Positions 59,383 to 64,000 of a stretch of DNA of 64,000 nucleotides are shown here, piece after piece. The stretch is from assembly GCF_023055435.1 (NCBI RefSeq), contig NW_025964334.1, positions 1,860,001 to 1,924,000 on the forward strand, in the 5' to 3' direction. This DNA is from Haliotis rufescens. Its lineage: Eukaryota. Position 1 is the stretch's first letter. The number at the start of each line of letters is the position of its first letter. The notes beneath the pieces are model-generated. The model did not search any database, had not been told where the DNA came from, and saw only the letters and a list, made by a program, of their open reading frames with translations. The translations under genes were made by a program, and so were the position numbers.

Positions 59383-62300
59383 ATGAAACATCGCATCGGG
59401 GGACGCTCTAAGGCAGGGAAAAGGACGGGCAGAGTAGCCAAACTACTCAAGCGTGGTGACTACCCGGGGATGTCCACGGACATTGTCCTGGAAGCGCCCT
59501 GTTTCCAGCTGCGAGCGGACGGAGAGGTGGACCGCCACGTGTTTATAGGGCTGACCACAACAGATTGTGTTATGGCCGTACAGCGTCTTCCAGATTACGG
59601 GGAACATCCTGGCGTGAAGTACAGAGCGAATGTCGACCTGGATGTGGAGGGAATGGAACTCGTCTGCTCGGCTCCGCTGAGGTTTATCAGGTATAACACA
59701 ATATATGTCTGGTTAGTTTGTTTGTTTTTGTTGTTGAACACCGCACTCAGCGATATTTCAGCTATATGATGGCGGTCTGTACATAAACGAGTCTGGACCA
59801 CACGATTCAGCGGTTGACATAACGAGCATCGATCCACGCAATTGGGATACGATGGCATGCATCAACAAAGTCAACCAGTCTGATCCCGTTAGCCGCCTTT
59901 ACGACAAGCATACTCGCCTGTTTCGGCAAGCATTGGTTGCTGAAGACCTATTCTACCCCGGATCTTCACGGGTCATATGTTTGGTTGTCGTTGAACGTAG
60001 CAGTCACCAGTATCCCAGCTATATCACGGCGGTTTGTAAACAATCCAGTCTGGTAAACAAACAAACAGTGGTCCTATGTCAGTCAGAAATCAGTTAAACA
60101 GCGCTGGTGGCGAGAGTAGTTGGATGGGGGACGTGTTTGGCAGCTTGACTCCCGAGTTTCTTGGGCTCTGACCTTGCACCCCACTGACCCATTGACCGAG
60201 GTAATAATGTAGCGCCCTGAGCAAGCATGCTTAAGGGTGTGAATTTGGCGCATTGTAACATATACATCATTGATAATAAATGGAGATCTCATCAGACGTT
60301 GTCTATGAATTATGTTTATTGTTTGTGTTTGTGTACACACTTGAAAGCAGTTCTTCTGATCATACACAGAGTTTCGTCCCTTATGTGTATCAGAAACCTG
60401 GGTTCGAATCTAGACTCGCCCCAATTATGAACCTCGGTTTATCCGCACCATACCCGTGCTCGTTGTTTACCAAAGTTACGTCTTAGACCGACGCAACATC
60501 ACACAACAAGCTGACATAATCAGTGCTATAAGTGGAATACTGTTCAGAGCTGCGTACAACCAAACTCACTCACTCACTCTACTGATATATTTGTATATTT
60601 TCATATATTTCTAGGTTTTTCCTGATTGACACGCGGTCCCGGAAGTTCGCGATCTGCACAAATCTCGGCAGTGTGTGGTACTTCGAGATGTGCAACTCGG
60701 CCGATGGCTCAGACGAACTGTGGACAAACTGGCTGGAAATGATCCACGCCCAAGACCATCCCGAGTGGTTCGGATACCGGACGTGGACAGTCGGTCGGAA
60801 GGACGCCATGGACGCCAGAAAATCAACATTACCCAGAGACACCAAGGGGAAAGACGGGATCCTTAGATTCATCAAGAGACCACTTGCATTCTGTGCTGTA
60901 GATAACGTTGGCACCCAGATCCCCTTTGCGAGGCTCCATTCCAAACAGCCTGGAAGAGCATTCCGAACTTCAAACGCTGATTCTCATATGGAGAAGAATT
61001 CTCCTTTTAAACATGTCAAATTTGTAATCCCACAAGTCCGAAAGTCCCAAACAAGAACAAAGTGTGATGAGGTGCGGCAGTCCCAGTCTTCCACAAATCT
61101 TTCCGCAAATCTTTCCGCATCATACACGTGCAGAGGCAAGCGCCACGTGGTCAGGAAGAGCCAATCAGAGTGCATGCTGGGTGGCGGGTCAGGGTTCACC
61201 CCTGGCAGCGGCCTGTACTTCAAGTACACGACCCTGGCCTTCTTGAGCGAAGCTCTACGGGCTGAGCCTCACAGAGCCGTTGACATCGCCGCCATCCGTT
61301 ACCACAAGTGGGGCATCACCAAGACCTGTCTCAACCAGCTGCAGAAAGTAAATACCGTATTTCCTCTATTTAGAAATCAGTGCTTTTCATAGAGGTCGAC
61401 CTATATTTCACGACCACACCTCTAGATTCCACCTCTAAAGACCATACCTCCAGACCCAACCTCCAATAGAGATTGGCCCATACCAAAAGTCGTTAAAAGA
61501 TGGTACTTGTTGTTACCCTGCCTGGCGCTCGGCATTAAGGGGCTAAAACAAGGACTGGTCGGCTCAGAGTCAGTATAGTGTGTCTGAGTGGGGTATTCAT
61601 GTTAAACTGCAGCATGGTATCTCAGTGGGCTTGCACTATAAATCTGCATCAGAGCGGACTATTACACGGCCACACACACGTGCATGCACGTCGCTACCAG
61701 GGCAATAATCTGGGACGCGACATTAAACCCCATGTCACCTGACCTCAATTCATATACCTGATGAAACCTCACACTACTTAAAGAAATAAAAGCGACAAAA
61801 CCCTTCCCGTAGTAATACACGTTTCGATTATCTGCAGAAACAGATTCCATTGAGCGTAAAAGGTAATATTGTAATACAAAGTTTATTAATGTATATGTAT
61901 TCTAACCCGGGTCGTCTCTGTTGTTTATGTTATTTTTGTTCTGTGACCTTTGGGTGTGTTGGTTTTATGAAGATCCACCTCGTCCATACACAAGGGACAT
62001 TATAGTCTTCATGGAACGGACCTAGGTTAAATTGAACACATATAATCGACTTGTAGGCTATGTATTAATTGTTCAAATAACAAAGAACCGGTAGTGTTGC
62101 CTTTGTGTGTCAGTTCGTTGGAACTCGACTTGATTTTTATATACACTAGTCACTATGTGACTTTTGTTTCAGATTTGGAAAGCGCGGAATGAAGAGAGAT
62201 TAGCAAGAGAACGCAAGATGTAGGTAGAAGTATATCACAAACGGTCGTGTTTAAATACTAGTAATAAGAGAGATGTGACATCTTACTGATGCCTGGAATA

Positions 62301-62727
62301 AAAGGCATAGACAGTGTTTTGTTTGTTGTTTAACGCCGAACTCAGCAATATTCCAGCCATATGACGGCGGCATGCTAATAATCGAGTTTGGGCGAGACCA
62401 TCCAGTGATTGATATTGTGAGCAACGATTCACGTCGTCGGGGTACAATGACACGCAATCAACCAAGTCGCCGAGCCAGCATGGTTACTGGGGACAGATTC
62501 GAATGCAGAATCCAACAGGTGCAGGTATACCATGAAACCTTACAACACAACTCTCGATTAACTCGACTCATCAGTTTGAGATGATGTAGCTTATAATTAT
62601 ACACCATGGCCTCGTATTGGCTGTGTTGAAGTGAGTAACTTTATTGACATTTTTTTCAGGGAGCTCAATCGTGACGATTCCGATGACAGCATAACGGATT
62701 TAGTCAAAGAATTCGCTCAACCAAAAA
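59383..62727 (+). CDS. FAM71/GARIN-like protein B, paralogue of A; 3' end probably beyond the window
   Basis: Exons 59383(or 59338)-59690, 60615-61347, 62173-62219, 62660-62727 (phases 2, 0, 2, 1). GRVAKLLKRGDY, VLEAPCFQL...G, VFIGLT, VDLDVEGMELVCSAPLRFIRF, WYFEM, LWTNWLEMI align with protein A. Confidence 0.68.
59712..59974 (-). mobile_element. SINE-like family B, full length
   Basis: Reverse complement of the consensus, ending CCCCGGATCTTCACGGGTC. Confidence 0.88.
61478..61747 (+). mobile_element. SINE family C, 5'-truncated
   Basis: Near-identical to 53912-54183. Confidence 0.8.
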
Positions 62728-63017
62728 GTAGGTCTTATTTGTACTTGGCATACAGTCGAAAGGTTGTCTCAAAGTTCATTTTGATGTTTATTTAAGGAAG
62801 AGGCAGGATGTCGGCCCTTTTGGGCCACTTGGAAAGTCTATTTTTATGTAACGGAATCTTTTAAATGTTTTTGTCATAGTTATCTGACTTTCTGCTAACT
62901 TACAATAACATGGTCAAGTTTATAAGTATGGCGAAGATGAGGCTGATTCTTTTTGTGAACATCAAATGATGGGCAAGTCCGTGACCCAGGATGATTTCTT
63001 TCTGTCCAACGAAGACG

Positions 63018-63115
63018 GATGGTCGGGTAGCCTAGTGGTTAAAACGATCGCTCGTCACGCCAAAGACCTGGGTTCGAGTCCCACATGGGTACCATGTGTG
63101 AAACCCATTTGTGGT
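63018..63115 (+). mobile_element. SINE family A, 5' half
   Basis: GGTCGGGTAGCCTAGTGGTTAAAACG..GGGTTCGAGTCCCACATGGGTAC. Confidence 0.8.
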
Positions 63116-63494
63116 CGTCAAAGTCCCCGCTAAACATACACACGTATACTCTGATATTTTTTTCGATAATTGCTTCAAAATTCTTTTCCATTTTATTATA
63201 CGGTATGTTTTAACGTAATCACCGGTACATTGGAAGAAAACGTGTGTACAGCTGAATGCTATTTCTGGCTTAGTTTACGAGACAATCACACGGTAATCTT
63301 TATCCCTGCATACAAAACAATGCCTAGTATAACATGAAATGCAATCAAAATGGCAAATCATCATGTCTAGTGATGTTTAATCGCAAATTTCACATTTCCA
63401 TGGAACAAGTTTGTTATAGTGTTGTTCATTCACCTGAAGCAATACGATGTTGTATTTTTGACCAACAGAAAAAGAGTTTGATTAAAGTGTAACC

Positions 63495-64000
63495 TTTATG
63501 TAGCGTCCATAAAATTTCCTAGTCCCGTGATGGGATTCGAACCACGGACCTTCTGATCACAGGTCGGACGCCTTGTCCACATGACCAAAGAGGTTAACCC
63601 CGTCAGCAAGCTGACAAGGTAAGGATGTCATCTGTGGGATGACTCCACGCCCTGCTACATACTCCCCCGTCAACAGAAGGCACGTCCCGGGCCGCATAGT
63701 AGGGTACTGAGGCTTATTTTGCTCAAATTTAATATGAACGTGCTCAGCCCCACGTTGGGCGCCAATGTAGCGGCCATAAAATTTCCGAGTCCCGTGATGG
63801 GATTCGAACCACGGACCTTCTGATCACAGGTCGGATGCCTTGTCCACATGACCAAAGAGGTTAACCCCGTCAGCAAGCTGACAAGGTAAGGATGTCATCT
63901 GTGGGATGACTCCACGCCCTGCTACATACTCCCCCGTCAACAGAAGGCACGTCCTGGGCCGCATAGTAGGGTACTGAGGCTTATTTTGCTCAAATTTAAT
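63495..64000 (-). repeat. 267-bp tandem repeat with a tRNA-Arg-derived head, runs off the right edge
   Basis: AGTCCCGTGATGGGATTCGAACC at 63521 and 63788; the two units are nearly identical; A-box-like TGGTCATGTGG and B-box GGTTCGAATCC on -. Confidence 0.9.

Noticed and set aside
63521-63600. Functional tRNA gene
   Set aside because: The acceptor stem pairs poorly and the anticodon differs between copies (TGT versus TCG); treated as a tRNA-derived repeat. The same applies to the SINE heads.

Overview
Eukaryotic, intron-rich, AT-rich genomic DNA from an invertebrate animal. The SINE/MITE repertoire suggests a mollusc, possibly an abalone-like gastropod (inference). Four multi-exon genes can be spliced by hand with GT-AG boundaries and consistent phases. 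(1) PHRF1-like (+, 8706-24516, 13 coding exons, about 1723 aa; RING, PHD, acidic and RS tracts, C-terminal SRI domain). (2) A bHLH + HMG-like protein (+, 36969-48039, 13 coding exons, about 716 aa) whose two domains both resemble vertebrate STRA8, the meiosis-initiation factor usually described as vertebrate-specific. (3, 4) A divergently transcribed pair of paralogues (- 55367-52987 and + 59383->62727) resembling the testis FAM71/GARIN Rab2-interactor domain, each with twin palindromic CRE sites next to its 5' end. An orphan signal-peptide + EGF exon on the minus strand lies head-to-head with the STRA8-like gene. Intergenic DNA and introns hold two defective Tc1/mariner elements, several MITE families, at least four SINE-like families, a 13-bp minisatellite derived from a SINE A-box, a 40-bp minisatellite that repeats a PHRF1 splice donor, and a 267-bp tandem repeat with a tRNA-Arg-derived head. 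The main lead is a candidate invertebrate germline cluster (STRA8-like + two GARIN-like genes next to PHRF1). All homology calls come from remembered motifs, not database searches.
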